Shown here: positions 38,377-46,747 of the stretch, one piece after another
Numbering within the stretch: position 1 is the first letter of the stretch
How the letters are laid out: each line of letters opens with the position of its first letter
Origin: a virus
Lineage: Duplodnaviria; Caudoviricetes
Length of the DNA: 61,927 nt
Virus record (IMG/VR): IMGVR_UViG_3300027851_000029
Span: 1-61,927 of that record
Reading direction: 5' to 3' (one strand)
Notes under the pieces: model-generated
Told to the model about the DNA's origin: nothing
Databases searched by the model: none
What the model saw: only the letters and a program-made list of their open reading frames with translations
Position numbers and translations under genes: made by a program

Positions 38377-39306
38377 ATGCCTACCGCAACCCTCACTTGG
38401 TCCGCTCCGCACGGCGACAGCAACCTACAAAGCACGTTTGCGGCGACGAACCAGGGCGCTATTCAGTTGATGAACCAGTATTTCACAGCGCTATCCGCGT
38501 TCAGCGATTTCCCGTGGGAGGTTTGCAGCTTTGAAGGTACGACAGCGCCTTGGTTCGTCACGCTTCGTAGGAAGTCGCTGGCGGCTGGGCGGATTGTTTT
38601 CATTGCGGTCACTTCGGCGCCTGGGGCTACATACAACCCGCAGCTTGGGACGATAAGCTGGAGCGCTACTGGCGTCAGGGCTGCATTTTTCCCACTGGCG
38701 ACAAGTGACACGCCGGCAAACATTCTCGCAACCAGTGGAGATGTGTTCACAAACCCGTCTGGCAGCTGCGGACTTGGCCCAAACACCGCGATGACGACCG
38801 GAACAAACAGCCTCAATTGCATGGCCTGCGAGGATGGCTTGTTCATGAAGTATGGAGCGGCATCAACCACATCGACCGCTTTTATTGTCGGCGACTTGCT
38901 TGAGGACGATTCTGGATCGCAGGCTCCAATATCGATTCTCAGCTCTGGCGGAGGGCTTGATTCCATGAACCCCAGCCCAACTCCAACAATAGGTGGTGCT
39001 GGGGGGTTGGCAATCCAGGCTGGCGCAACGATTCACTTCGGAACCGGATTCCAGGCTCCAACTGCCATCGGAACCTATATGCGTGACAACGGGACAAAAG
39101 AAAGCTGGTTCCTGCCGCGCACGCTTTGCAGCTACAGCCTGCCGCTTGGGCAGTCTATGAAATACAAGCTGCGCCAGATTGCCTATGGGCCAACACCACT
39201 CGCGGCTTACGAAACAATGACTGACACCGGAGCCGTCCTGAAGGCGATCAGCACCTACCCGGCAGCGACAACAGGATTCCCATGGCTAACCAACTTCAAG
39301 GTCTGA
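38377..39306 (+). CDS. putative receptor-binding/fibre tip protein
   Basis: RBS AAGGA; Thr/Gly/Ala-rich; last gene of the fibre module with different codon usage. Confidence 0.55.
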   Translation: MPTATLTWSAPHGDSNLQSTFAATNQGAIQLMNQYFTALSAFSDFPWEVCSFEGTTAPWFVTLRRKSLAAGRIVFIAVTSAPGATYNPQLGTISWSATGVRAAFFPLATSDTPANILATSGDVFTNPSGSCGLGPNTAMTTGTNSLNCMACEDGLFMKYGAASTTSTAFIVGDLLEDDSGSQAPISILSSGGGLDSMNPSPTPTIGGAGGLAIQAGATIHFGTGFQAPTAIGTYMRDNGTKESWFLPRTLCSYSLPLGQSMKYKLRQIAYGPTPLAAYETMTDTGAVLKAISTYPAATTGFPWLTNFKV

Positions 39307-39311
39307 CCCAC

Positions 39312-39348
39312 CATAGGGTTTGTCCATGCTGCAGTGTGCGGTGAAACT
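39312..39348 (+). promoter_or_regulatory. late promoter 8 (lysis operon)
   Basis: CATAGGGTT-N22-GAAACT. Confidence 0.75.
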
Positions 39349-39432
39349 GCCGTCAGTTTCAACCTAACCGGAGCCTGCCATGGGCAACCCATCAACAGAT
39401 CAACACCAGCCAAGCGGCATGAGAAGCCCGTC

Positions 39433-39642
39433 ATGGAACTTCTGATCTGGTATCTGGTGGTTGCGGCCTGGTTCGGCCTGTCCATCCGTGGGGCGTTCAA
39501 GCCGGCAAAAAAAATCACCCCGCGTAACTATGCGCGTGAATTCCTACAGCAAGTAACGCCGTACACCGAGCGCCAGAGCTGGTGGAGCGATTCGACATTT
39601 GACACAGAGCACAAGCATGGCCCCGCAAAGACCCACCACTGA
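39433..39642 (+). CDS. small membrane protein
   Basis: N-terminal TM helix MELLIWYLVVAAWFGLSI. Confidence 0.4.
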   Translation: MELLIWYLVVAAWFGLSIRGAFKPAKKITPRNYAREFLQQVTPYTERQSWWSDSTFDTEHKHGPAKTHH

Positions 39643-39955
39643 ACACCGCTGGCAATGGTTTCTCGACAAGGTTTTGCCTCAGTTGTTTGTCGCCCTGGTG
39701 CTGGCGGTGTCGGGTGGCATGTGGCTGACCTACACGACCGTCAACGTGATGGTTTCCAAGCTGGACAGTCAGGCGCGGGACATTTCGGAGGTTCGGGCAG
39801 ATATCGCCAGGGTGGAAGACAACATCAAACGGGTCGAGGCCAATTCCGTGACGCGCTCCGAGATTCTGGAAACGATGAAGCGCATCGAGCAGCAGATGCG
39901 GATCGCCATGCTGGAGGCCGGTGTTCGGCTTCCAAAAGACTTCTTGTCGCAATGA
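39617..39955 (+). CDS. membrane protein with coiled coil (holin or lysis accessory)
   Basis: One TM helix plus heptad repeats; upstream of the endolysin. Confidence 0.6.
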   Translation: MAPQRPTTEHRWQWFLDKVLPQLFVALVLAVSGGMWLTYTTVNVMVSKLDSQARDISEVRADIARVEDNIKRVEANSVTRSEILETMKRIEQQMRIAMLEAGVRLPKDFLSQ

Positions 39956-40131
39956 CCACCGTGACCGACGTACTCAAGCAGCGCGGCAAGGTGGTTGCCT
40001 TGTTTGTGGTCTGCGGCGCCGTCGTTGCGGCCATGCACAAGGATGCGGCTGCGGCGATCTTCGCTGCGCTGGCGGTCCCTGTGGGTGCGCTGGCCGGCGT
40101 TGAGGCTTGGGCCTCGAAAGGCGTGGAATGA
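39952..40131 (+). CDS. small 2-TM protein (holin/antiholin candidate)
   Basis: ATGA overlaps at both ends. Confidence 0.55.
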   Translation: MTTVTDVLKQRGKVVALFVVCGAVVAAMHKDAAAAIFAALAVPVGALAGVEAWASKGVE

Positions 40132-40337
40132 AGCTCGTTGACAACTGGAAACTCATCGTCAAGAAGGCGTGGTCCGCCCGCTTGATGATCCTTGCGGCAA
40201 TCCTTTCAGGAGTCGAAGTTGTACTGCCTTTTCTTTCTGAGTCCATCCCTCGCGGCACGTTTGCTGTTCTCTCTGGCATCACCGTGGCCGCTGCTTTCGT
40301 GGCCCGACTCGTCGCCCAAAAAGGAATCAGCGAATGA
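40128..40337 (+). CDS. putative holin
   Basis: MKLVDNWK...KAWS.RL, 2 TM, ARLVAQ; directly before the lysozyme. Confidence 0.7.
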   Translation: MKLVDNWKLIVKKAWSARLMILAAILSGVEVVLPFLSESIPRGTFAVLSGITVAAAFVARLVAQKGISE

Positions 40338-40876
40338 AGCCGATCAGGATGCCTAAAGTACCGCCAGGACTCGCGCGCAAGGGTGCCATCCCCGCCGTAT
40401 TCATGGCCGCGCTGACCGGGCCGCTGGCGCACGGAACGCTGGTGCGCTGGGAGGGCGACATCCACAAGGTCTACTCCGACCACCTGGCCGGTGGCTTGCC
40501 CACGTTCTGCGCCGGCCGAACGGACTGGACGGCAAAGCCCGGCACGCTGCTGACCAGCGACTTCTGCCAGGAGGTCAACAAGATCACGCTGCTGGAGTAT
40601 GGCTTTGCCGTGCTGGCCTGCGCGAACTGGGATTACCTGAGCGCAACCCGCTTGGTCGGCCTGACGATCTTCTCCATCAACGTCGGCAAGGATGGCGCCT
40701 GCAATTCGCAGGCCGTGAAAAAGATCAACGCGGGCGACATCAAGGGCGGCTGCGACCTGATCGCCTACACCCCGGGCGGATCTCCGAACTGGAGCTTTGC
40801 CGGCGGCAAGTTCGTCCAGGGTCTGCACAACCGGCGCAAGGCTGAACGCGACCTTTGCCTGAGAGGCCTCACATGA
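40334..40876 (+). CDS. endolysin, GH24 lysozyme (SAR-like N-terminus)
   Basis: Catalytic E-D-T pattern WEG..YSD..PTFCAG; GLHNRRKAERDLC. Confidence 0.9.
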   Translation: MKPIRMPKVPPGLARKGAIPAVFMAALTGPLAHGTLVRWEGDIHKVYSDHLAGGLPTFCAGRTDWTAKPGTLLTSDFCQEVNKITLLEYGFAVLACANWDYLSATRLVGLTIFSINVGKDGACNSQAVKKINAGDIKGGCDLIAYTPGGSPNWSFAGGKFVQGLHNRRKAERDLCLRGLT

Positions 40877-41010
40877 ACTGGATTGACGAACCCGAAGAAG
40901 ACCGCCAGCTCGTGGAGCGCGGCGCCATCCTGGCTCAGAACGTAGCCCTGGCCGCTGCCGTGTTCTGCGCCTGCGGCTTCATTGCCACTCTGATTGGAAT
41001 CGCCATATGA
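40873..41010 (+). CDS. 45-aa membrane peptide (not in the ORF track)
   Basis: MNWIDEPEEDRQLVERGAILAQNVALAAAVFCACGFIATLIGIAI; RBS GAGG; ATGA overlaps at both ends. Confidence 0.6.
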   Translation: MNWIDEPEEDRQLVERGAILAQNVALAAAVFCACGFIATLIGIAI

Positions 41011-41342
41011 ACGCACTGCTCGCCTGGTTCAACCCCACCCGCTGGATCGCGCTCGGCGTGGTCGTTGCGGTCATCGTGTCGGGCTACCTGTGGCACCGGC
41101 ATTCGCTGATCGAGATTGGCCGCGCTGAGTGCGAGGCCGCTCATAAAGCATCTGCCGCCGAGGCGGCAACAGTGCAGGCCGGCCAAGACACGGCGGCAAC
41201 CAAGGAGGTCATCGTCACCGAGACGATCACCGAGACGAAATACAAAGACCGCATCAAAGAGGTGATCCGCTATGTCCCAACGTCTGGCACTGTGTGCCCT
41301 GCTGACCCTGAGTTTGTGCGCCTGTTCAACGCTCAAGACTGA
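41007..41342 (+). CDS. i-spanin (Rz-like)
   Basis: N-terminal TM helix, helical periplasmic part, after the endolysin. Confidence 0.75.
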   Translation: MNALLAWFNPTRWIALGVVVAVIVSGYLWHRHSLIEIGRAECEAAHKASAAEAATVQAGQDTAATKEVIVTETITETKYKDRIKEVIRYVPTSGTVCPADPEFVRLFNAQD

Positions 41343-41595
41343 GCCGGTCAAGCCGCAAATCAGCGACACGCTGCGCGCCGCGTGCGAGTCGCTACCCGCA
41401 CTGCGCGCCGAGGCCGGCCAGGACATGCGCCAGGCACTGCTGCAAAACCGTGCTGAGTCCGTGCTGGTGCACGAGCAATGCGCCGCCCGGCACCGTGGAG
41501 TGCTGGCCGCTGTCGGCGTCTCAACTGTCACCCCCGTGGCCAAGCCTGACCGCTGGGACGAATTTCGCAACCTGCTTGATGGAGTAAAACCATGA
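41272..41595 (+). CDS. o-spanin (Rz1-like lipoprotein)
   Basis: Lipobox LCAC, overlaps the i-spanin 3' end in another frame. Confidence 0.75.
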   Translation: MSQRLALCALLTLSLCACSTLKTEPVKPQISDTLRAACESLPALRAEAGQDMRQALLQNRAESVLVHEQCAARHRGVLAAVGVSTVTPVAKPDRWDEFRNLLDGVKP

Positions 41596-42065
41596 CCCGC
41601 TTTCTTACCATCTTGGTGATGTCGATCGGCTTTCTGCTGACCGGCTGCGCCACCCATGAAAAATACTACGAGGCCGTCAAGAGTGTCGAGGAGGCCAAGG
41701 CCAACGCCCAGGCCGCCCAGGCAACGGCCATCATGAAGCTGGCCGGTGATGGCGACGCGCAAGCCAAGGGCATGGCGCTGATGTTTTTTGCAATGCAGGG
41801 CGCCAAGGCCGGCGGCAATCAAACCGTGATGGCGCCTCCGGTTGATCCGGTTCTCGAATGGGTTCGCGTCCTGGCCGGCCCGGTTACGAACCTCTGGGGC
41901 ATTGTCGAGAACAACCGCACGCAGCGCCACGCGAGCGACAACTCTGTGGCCCTGCAGCAGATCAACATGGGCACACTTGGCAACGTCGCCAATACCGCGA
42001 TCACGCAGCCGCCCGTTGTCATCGGTCCGACCGAAGGGTTCGGTACGCTCTACCCTACCAACTGA
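41592..42065 (+). CDS. lipoprotein of unknown function
   Basis: Signal peptide with lipobox LTGC; RBS GGAG. Confidence 0.75.
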   Translation: MTRFLTILVMSIGFLLTGCATHEKYYEAVKSVEEAKANAQAAQATAIMKLAGDGDAQAKGMALMFFAMQGAKAGGNQTVMAPPVDPVLEWVRVLAGPVTNLWGIVENNRTQRHASDNSVALQQINMGTLGNVANTAITQPPVVIGPTEGFGTLYPTN

Positions 42066-42113
42066 GTTTTTCCGCAGATGTCTCCAGTCCGGTCCTGAGA
42101 GCTCCGGATTTTG

Positions 42114-42147
42114 GCCCGATGTGGGGATTCCCATGTCGGGCTTTTTT
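42114..42147 (+). terminator. late operon terminator
   Basis: GCCCGATGTGGG/CCCATGTCGGGC plus T6. Confidence 0.75.
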
Positions 42148-42388
42148 GTTGGCACTGGTGTTGGCATCATGTCCTGATGACCGTGAAACACCGTTGATTT
42201 TGAAGCGAAAAACTGGCGAGCGTGGAATCCTCTCGCTCCGCCAATTTGCCCCAGCGTTACCCATCAGTAACGCTGGGGCTTTCTTTTTTTCCCTCTATGA
42301 TCGCGGCTCCATCCACCAGGATAGCCCGACATTTCCAGACGTTCACGGCGATAGACCGTGTGGCATCGGTTGGCATCCGTGGTGGCAC
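42148..42388 (+). other. attP: tRNA 3'-end-like core with arm-type repeats
   Basis: GAATCCTCTCGCTCCGCCA at 42225-42243; TGGCA(T/C) direct repeats at 42148-42168 (x2) and 42358-42388 (x3). Confidence 0.7.
42248..42290 (+). terminator. intrinsic terminator behind the att core
   Basis: Perfect 13-bp stem GCCCCAGCGTTAC/GTAACGCTGGGGC plus T run. Confidence 0.85.
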
Positions 42389-42410
42389 GCAAAAAGTGAC
42401 AGGGATGCGG

Positions 42411-43565
42411 ATGCCTACAAACCAACTTACAGACGCCAAGTGCCGCGGCGTGAAGCCGACCGACAAGGCGCAGAAGCTTTTCGATGGTGGGTCACTTTTT
42501 CTATACGTTTCCCCAAAAGGCGCCAAGGTGTGGCGCCTGGCCTACAGGGTCAACGGCAAGCCGCAGACCCTGGTGATAGGCCCATACCCTGCAGTGAGCC
42601 TGCAGGAGGCCCGCCAGAAGCGCGAAGAGGCCAAGGCGGTACTCAGGGCAGGGCAGGACCCGAACGCGGCGCGCAAGGCCACGCGCAACGCCGTCACGCT
42701 GGACGAGGCCCACACCGCCTACTGGTCCGGCCGCAAAGACCTGTCCGCCTCCTACCTTGAGAACGAACGACGGGCATTCGAGATGCATGTTCAGCCGATG
42801 CTGGGCTCGAGGGTCATGAAGGACATCACCCGGGCCGACGTGCTGGCCACGCTGAACACACTGGACGCGCGCGGCAAGCACGACTACGTGCGCAAGGTCA
42901 GGATGTGGCTGGCCCAGCTCTGGGACTGGGCTATCGAGCAGGGCCACGCCACGGAGAACCCGCCGCGCAGCATCAAGCCTGAACGGGCCTTCGGGAAAAA
43001 GCAGGTGGGGCACTTCGCGGCGCTGGAGTTGCGCGAGGTGCCGGCGTTCATGGAGCGCCTGGCCATAGAGGGCGACATTCAATCCGTCCTGGCGCTGCGC
43101 CTGCTGGCCCTGACGTGGGTACGGACGAACGAACTGCGGTTTATGCGCTGGGATGAAATCGACGGAGACACATGGCTGATCCCGGCCGGCAAGATGAAGC
43201 GGCGCCGGGAGCATGTGGTTCCGCTGTCCAAGGCTTCGCAGGATCTGCTGGCGGTGCTCAAGCCACGCGCTGGCTCAAGCGTCTATGTGCTGCCCGCCGA
43301 GCACCGGCCTGACCGTCCGATTTCAGAGAATGCAATACTGGCGCTGCTGTACCGCATGGGATTCAAAGGTCAGATGACTGGCCACGGGCTGCGCTCGGTG
43401 GCCAGCACCTGGGCGAACGAGGCAGGCTATCCGCCCGACGTGATCGAGCGCCAGTTGGCGCATGTGCCTGGAGACAAGACCAGGGCTGCGTACAACCGAT
43501 CGATTTACCTCGATCAGCGCCGCGCCATGCTGGAGGCTTGGGCTATGTGGCTCTGTCGTGCGTAA
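42411..43565 (+). CDS. int: tyrosine integrase, P4-like
   Basis: LTDAKCR..KLFDGGSLFL arm-binding domain; catalytic R (VRTNE), K (GKMK), HGLR, LAH, Y (AAYNR). Confidence 0.95.
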   Translation: MPTNQLTDAKCRGVKPTDKAQKLFDGGSLFLYVSPKGAKVWRLAYRVNGKPQTLVIGPYPAVSLQEARQKREEAKAVLRAGQDPNAARKATRNAVTLDEAHTAYWSGRKDLSASYLENERRAFEMHVQPMLGSRVMKDITRADVLATLNTLDARGKHDYVRKVRMWLAQLWDWAIEQGHATENPPRSIKPERAFGKKQVGHFAALELREVPAFMERLAIEGDIQSVLALRLLALTWVRTNELRFMRWDEIDGDTWLIPAGKMKRRREHVVPLSKASQDLLAVLKPRAGSSVYVLPAEHRPDRPISENAILALLYRMGFKGQMTGHGLRSVASTWANEAGYPPDVIERQLAHVPGDKTRAAYNRSIYLDQRRAMLEAWAMWLCRA

Positions 43566-43580
43566 ATGCTTGTGCCGGTG

Positions 43581-43617
43581 TTATGCGACGGGGTTGTCTC
43601 CTAATTTAGAGTTGGGC
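43581..43617 (+). other. partial attC-like site A0 (L stem and R' only)
   Basis: TTATGCGAC/GTCTCCTAA stem, 6-nt spacer, GTTGGGC; no R'' box. Confidence 0.45.
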
Positions 43618-43799
43618 TGCGCTGAGTTTCGGCACTCGCGGACAACATCGCGAGCCACGGATCGGCTGGTCCAGCGGAAGTTCTCCAGCACCTCGCGGCC
43701 TGTTCGCGGATCACGGGCAATCCATCCCCAGCCTGGTTCATATTCGACGGTTCGCACGCGCCGCCCAACTCTGCAATCCATCGAATTCGCTTCGCTCAT
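43581..43799 (-). CDS. hypothetical protein (cassette C1)
   Basis: Starts inside site A1 and ends across site A0. Confidence 0.55.
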   Translation of the reverse strand: MSEANSMDCRVGRRVRTVEYEPGWGWIARDPRTGREVLENFRWTSRSVARDVVRECRNSAQPNSKLGDNPVA

Positions 43800-43820
43800 C
43801 GCTGATCTCCGGTGTTCTGC
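43763..43820 (+). other. attC-like site A1
   Basis: R'' GCCCAAC, AT[C]CATCGA[A]T/ATCGCTGAT, R' GTTCTGC. Confidence 0.7.
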
Positions 43821-44260
43821 AGCGGGTTGCCTTGCATGTCGGTTTCAAACTCAGCGCCCCAAGTCCAGCCCTGGCCGTCGCAGTACATGCACAGGTCTTC
43901 TTCCTCAACCTCGCTGCCATCCATCACGAAATGCCCCCGCCCTAAGCAGGTTTCGCATTCGCACTTTGGAATCCAGGCAAGGCATGAGCCTTCGTCGTAG
44001 TGCATCACCTCCTGGCACTCGCATTCGTCGTGCAGCGGCTCGCCTTCTTCATCGACGGGCCAGACGTAGAGCATCCCGTCGTTAATAAGCTGCACCTCAA
44101 ACTGGTCAAGCATCCGGCGCCCGCCGTTGACGCCGACCCACAGCGCGTAGTCCGCCAGCTCGCGCCAGTCCAGCAGTTGGGTCGTTCCGAACCTGCTGCC
44201 GTCTTCAACAACCATCTGGATTGGTAGCTCTTTGGTGGTGTCGATCACAAGGTATTTCAT
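43796..44260 (-). CDS. acidic Cys-rich hypothetical protein (cassette C2)
   Basis: RBS GGAG; CETCLGRG and CMYCDGQG DnaJ-like Zn knuckles. Confidence 0.7.
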   Translation of the reverse strand: MKYLVIDTTKELPIQMVVEDGSRFGTTQLLDWRELADYALWVGVNGGRRMLDQFEVQLINDGMLYVWPVDEEGEPLHDECECQEVMHYDEGSCLAWIPKCECETCLGRGHFVMDGSEVEEEDLCMYCDGQGWTWGAEFETDMQGNPLQNTGDQR

Positions 44261-44282
44261 GGTCGTCTCTCCGGTTGTCCGT

Positions 44283-44339
44283 GCAGAACTCTGCGCTCAA
44301 GCGGGACCGCTGCGCGGCCCCTTAGCTTCGGTGTTCGGC
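44283..44339 (+). other. attC-like site A2
   Basis: R'' GCAGAAC, GCT[C]AAG[C]GGG[A]CCGC/GCGGCCCCTTAGC, R' GTTCGGC. Confidence 0.85.
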
Positions 44340-44632
44340 GACTCGCGCCCCAGCCTAGCCTGAGCCTCCCAGGCTTCCCCGTTGTCGGTCCAGCTTGCAG
44401 CCATCGCGCTGCAGCACGCAGAGCACCAGCGGTAGTTCATCAGTGCTCCGTCAAACACAGCAGCTAGCAACCGAACGCGCTCGCCGGGCGTGATTTCTTG
44501 GCGACACATTCCGCAGGTTCCGCCCTTGCGTGCCGTGCCGATCTTGTCTTTAAGCACCCGGTCGCCCGGCGCCCCAAAGTCCCCCTCAAACGGGTTGACC
44601 TTCAGGCACTCAACTTCATCAAAATTCATCAT
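44297..44632 (-). CDS. Zn-finger hypothetical protein (cassette C3)
   Basis: ARK..TCGMC...CSAC; the C-terminus reads into site A2. Confidence 0.7.
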   Translation of the reverse strand: MMNFDEVECLKVNPFEGDFGAPGDRVLKDKIGTARKGGTCGMCRQEITPGERVRLLAAVFDGALMNYRWCSACCSAMAASWTDNGEAWEAQARLGRESPNTEAKGPRSGPA

Positions 44633-44940
44633 CGCGGCGCCAAATCTAGCGGTGCCGCGCAGCGCTTGCAGAGACCTGACGCATCCATGAATTGCTCGAC
44701 CTCGGTTGGTTGAGTGGCTGCCTTGATCGCCTCAATTGCATCGTCAATCGTCTGTAGGTCTTCTTTTGGGAGCCGACCGGCGCCGATAATCCTGACGTTG
44801 AGCAATCGACAAATCAGCGAATCATCCATCCTTGGAATGGCATTCATAAGCTCTCTCCTAAAAACATCTCCACGCAACGTTTGCACAGGATCAGTCCACG
44901 CATCGCCGGTCGTCCGCAGTGTTCGCATTTCATTCGACAT
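44629..44940 (-). CDS. hypothetical protein (cassette C3)
   Basis: Coupled to the downstream gene. Confidence 0.55.
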   Translation of the reverse strand: MSNEMRTLRTTGDAWTDPVQTLRGDVFRRELMNAIPRMDDSLICRLLNVRIIGAGRLPKEDLQTIDDAIEAIKAATQPTEVEQFMDASGLCKRCAAPLDLAPR

Positions 44941-44949
44941 CCTTGTTCC

Positions 44950-45111
44950 TTAGTTGTCTGCAGTACAGATCGTCACGGCCTTGGTGGTTCCGTCTGTTTC
45001 AATCAGCAGGCCGCACACCTGTTCATCTGTTTCTGTGTCGCAGTTGTAGGCGTACACCGTCGCGTGCTGCGGCGCCTGTTTCAGTGCTTCAATGAGGTCC
45101 TCGACTGTCAT
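44950..45111 (-). CDS. 53-aa hypothetical protein (cassette C3; not in the ORF track)
   Basis: MTVEDLIEALKQAPQHATVY..., RBS AAGGGA. Confidence 0.65.
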   Translation of the reverse strand: MTVEDLIEALKQAPQHATVYAYNCDTETDEQVCGLLIETDGTTKAVTICTADN

Positions 45112-45132
45112 CGCGTGTCCCTTCTCGGCAGT

Positions 45133-45184
45133 GCCGAACTCTTAAATCGACCGGACCGAAGGCCGGTCATCGGTGGTGTTCAAA
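45133..45184 (+). other. attC-like site A3
   Basis: R'' GCCGAAC, AT[C]GACCGG[A]CC/GGCCGGTCAT, R' GTTCAAA. Confidence 0.8.
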
Positions 45185-45368
45185 CCTTCACCCCATGCGC
45201 AACCAGGGTGGACCGCTTCCAGCCCGAGGTCTTCCGCGAAAGGGCGACATCGTATGGCGGCAACTTGTTCGCCTTGTACATCTTGCGCACGGTGTCGCTG
45301 CACACATGGAGCATCTTCGGAAGATCGCCGCGCTTTATGATCTCGTTTGGGTCTTGTTCGGTTGTCAT
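45180..45368 (-). CDS. excisionase/AlpA-like HTH protein
   Basis: IIKRGDLPKMLHVCSDTVRKMYKANKLPP..GWKRS; stop codon lies in R' of site A3. Confidence 0.7.
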   Translation of the reverse strand: MTTEQDPNEIIKRGDLPKMLHVCSDTVRKMYKANKLPPYDVALSRKTSGWKRSTLVAHGVKV

Positions 45369-45526
45369 GGCCGTTGTTCTCCTTGGCAAACAGGGCACGG
45401 AAGCAGGTAGTCATTCCAAGGGTCGCGCCCATCACCATGACAGCGCTCGCACTCATCGTCGTAGTCATCATCGATGCACTCATCGCAGCCGTTGCATCCG
45501 TCCTCGCATGTTCGCTCTGTGGTCAT
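45365..45526 (-). CDS. small Cys-rich protein
   Basis: CERCHGDG..CPVCQG; overlaps at both ends. Confidence 0.6.
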   Translation of the reverse strand: MTTERTCEDGCNGCDECIDDDYDDECERCHGDGRDPWNDYLLPCPVCQGEQRP

Positions 45527-45879
45527 GCCTGCTCCTGTGTGCTTGTAATGGCTGCGTCGAATCCGATTAGCCATGACTCGTATCTCCCGCCAGTTCGCAA
45601 TTCAGACCATGGAGCTACGTCGCCGTTCATGTGCAGGCCTGCAACTCCGTGGCTGAAGTCGATCAGCGACTCCACTTCTGAAAGCCCGTGCTTCGCCTCT
45701 GCAAGCTGCTGCTCAAGCAGTGCGATCTTGTTGTTCAGTGGCTCGGTGAATCTGCGGACAAGCTCGATGTCTTCGTCCATTGGTGGAAGCCGCTCAAGCA
45801 GTGCGATCCGCTCGTTCAGAGCCTTCACCTCTGCATGGTGAGCGCTGGCCAGGTTCCGGCGTTGTGAGTCAGTTGGCAT
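45523..45879 (-). CDS. Ead/Ea22-like mosaic protein
   Basis: SHGVAGLHMNGDVAPWSEL..GG.YESWL motif; N-terminus duplicated in 46085-46747. Confidence 0.65.
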   Translation of the reverse strand: MPTDSQRRNLASAHHAEVKALNERIALLERLPPMDEDIELVRRFTEPLNNKIALLEQQLAEAKHGLSEVESLIDFSHGVAGLHMNGDVAPWSELRTGGRYESWLIGFDAAITSTQEQA

Positions 45880-45881
45880 GG

Positions 45882-46088
45882 TCAATCCTTCAGTGCGGTA
45901 GCAACACAGTCGGTCAAGCGCTGAATCTCATCCTGCAGCCGACTGCACAGAACGCCCAACTCGGTAAGCTGTCGGGCCAGAAGTGGGCAAGGGCGTTGTT
46001 GAATAGATTGCTCACCAACAAGCTCTTGCAGGACCAGCAGGCGAGCGCGTATCTTTTCCTCGTCGCTGTAAAAGTGTTCTCGACTCAT
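45882..46088 (-). CDS. hypothetical protein
   Basis: Coupled ORF. Confidence 0.5.
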   Translation of the reverse strand: MSREHFYSDEEKIRARLLVLQELVGEQSIQQRPCPLLARQLTELGVLCSRLQDEIQRLTDCVATALKD

Positions 46089-46747
46089 GGCGTCTCGCAT
46101 TTCTCGACCGTGGCCGGTGTGATGCCTTTTGCGCCGCGAACAAGCGGGAACCACTCGATGGCATCTGGGTGTACGGCGTAGTCCACATGCCAAAGCACTT
46201 GCCCGAATGGGCTCATCTTGCTGTAGTGGTAGCCGACAACCTCTTGGTCGGTCAGCGGCACCGCCTTGGGTGGCGCGGTGCAGAGCTGACGAATGGGCCA
46301 CGAACCATCCTTGATAGTGTTCTCTATGTGACGCTCGTCAACGAACCCGTGCCACGACCCGTCGCGCGCTTGGAACTGGTGCGTCACCGGCTGCGCTGCC
46401 TGCTCGACTTCCATATCCACGATCTTTGCGAGCAGCGGTGTGCAGGCTGCAGCGACAAGTGACTCAGTTTCTTTGCGGCACCGCTCGACTTGAGCCTCAA
46501 GGGCTGCGATGCGCTCCCGCACAGGTTCTGCGCCATGCCAGTTGCCGGGCTCGCCAGTTCCACCGCTGCACACCCGGTAAATCTCGGCGATAGTGGCGTT
46601 TGCCGTGCGAGCTTCCATGGCGTGCGCCTGGGCTTCCTGCTTGAGTCGCGCGGACATGCTTGAAAGCGCGCTGATCCGCTCGTTCAGAGCCTGCACCTCT
46701 GCATGGTGAGCGCTGGCAAGGTTTCGGCGTTGGGCGTCAGTTGGCAT
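46085..46747 (-). CDS. Ead/Ea22-like mosaic protein
   Basis: LKQEAQAHAMEARTAN..GEPGNWHGAEPV; RBS AGGAG. Confidence 0.7.
   Translation of the reverse strand: MPTDAQRRNLASAHHAEVQALNERISALSSMSARLKQEAQAHAMEARTANATIAEIYRVCSGGTGEPGNWHGAEPVRERIAALEAQVERCRKETESLVAAACTPLLAKIVDMEVEQAAQPVTHQFQARDGSWHGFVDERHIENTIKDGSWPIRQLCTAPPKAVPLTDQEVVGYHYSKMSPFGQVLWHVDYAVHPDAIEWFPLVRGAKGITPATVEKCETP

Noticed and set aside
36849-39306. Diversity-generating retroelement or invertible fibre switch
   Set aside because: No reverse transcriptase, no TR/VR pair, no invertase or flanking inverted sites; the repeats are collagen codons
42411-43565. Phage integrase as the cassette recombinase (IntI)
   Set aside because: It has a P4-type arm-binding domain and its own attP, and no IntI-specific insertion was recognised
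45898-45925. AGCAAC-acagtcg-GTCAAGCG resembling R''+L''
   Set aside because: No matching L' or R' downstream; lies inside an ORF
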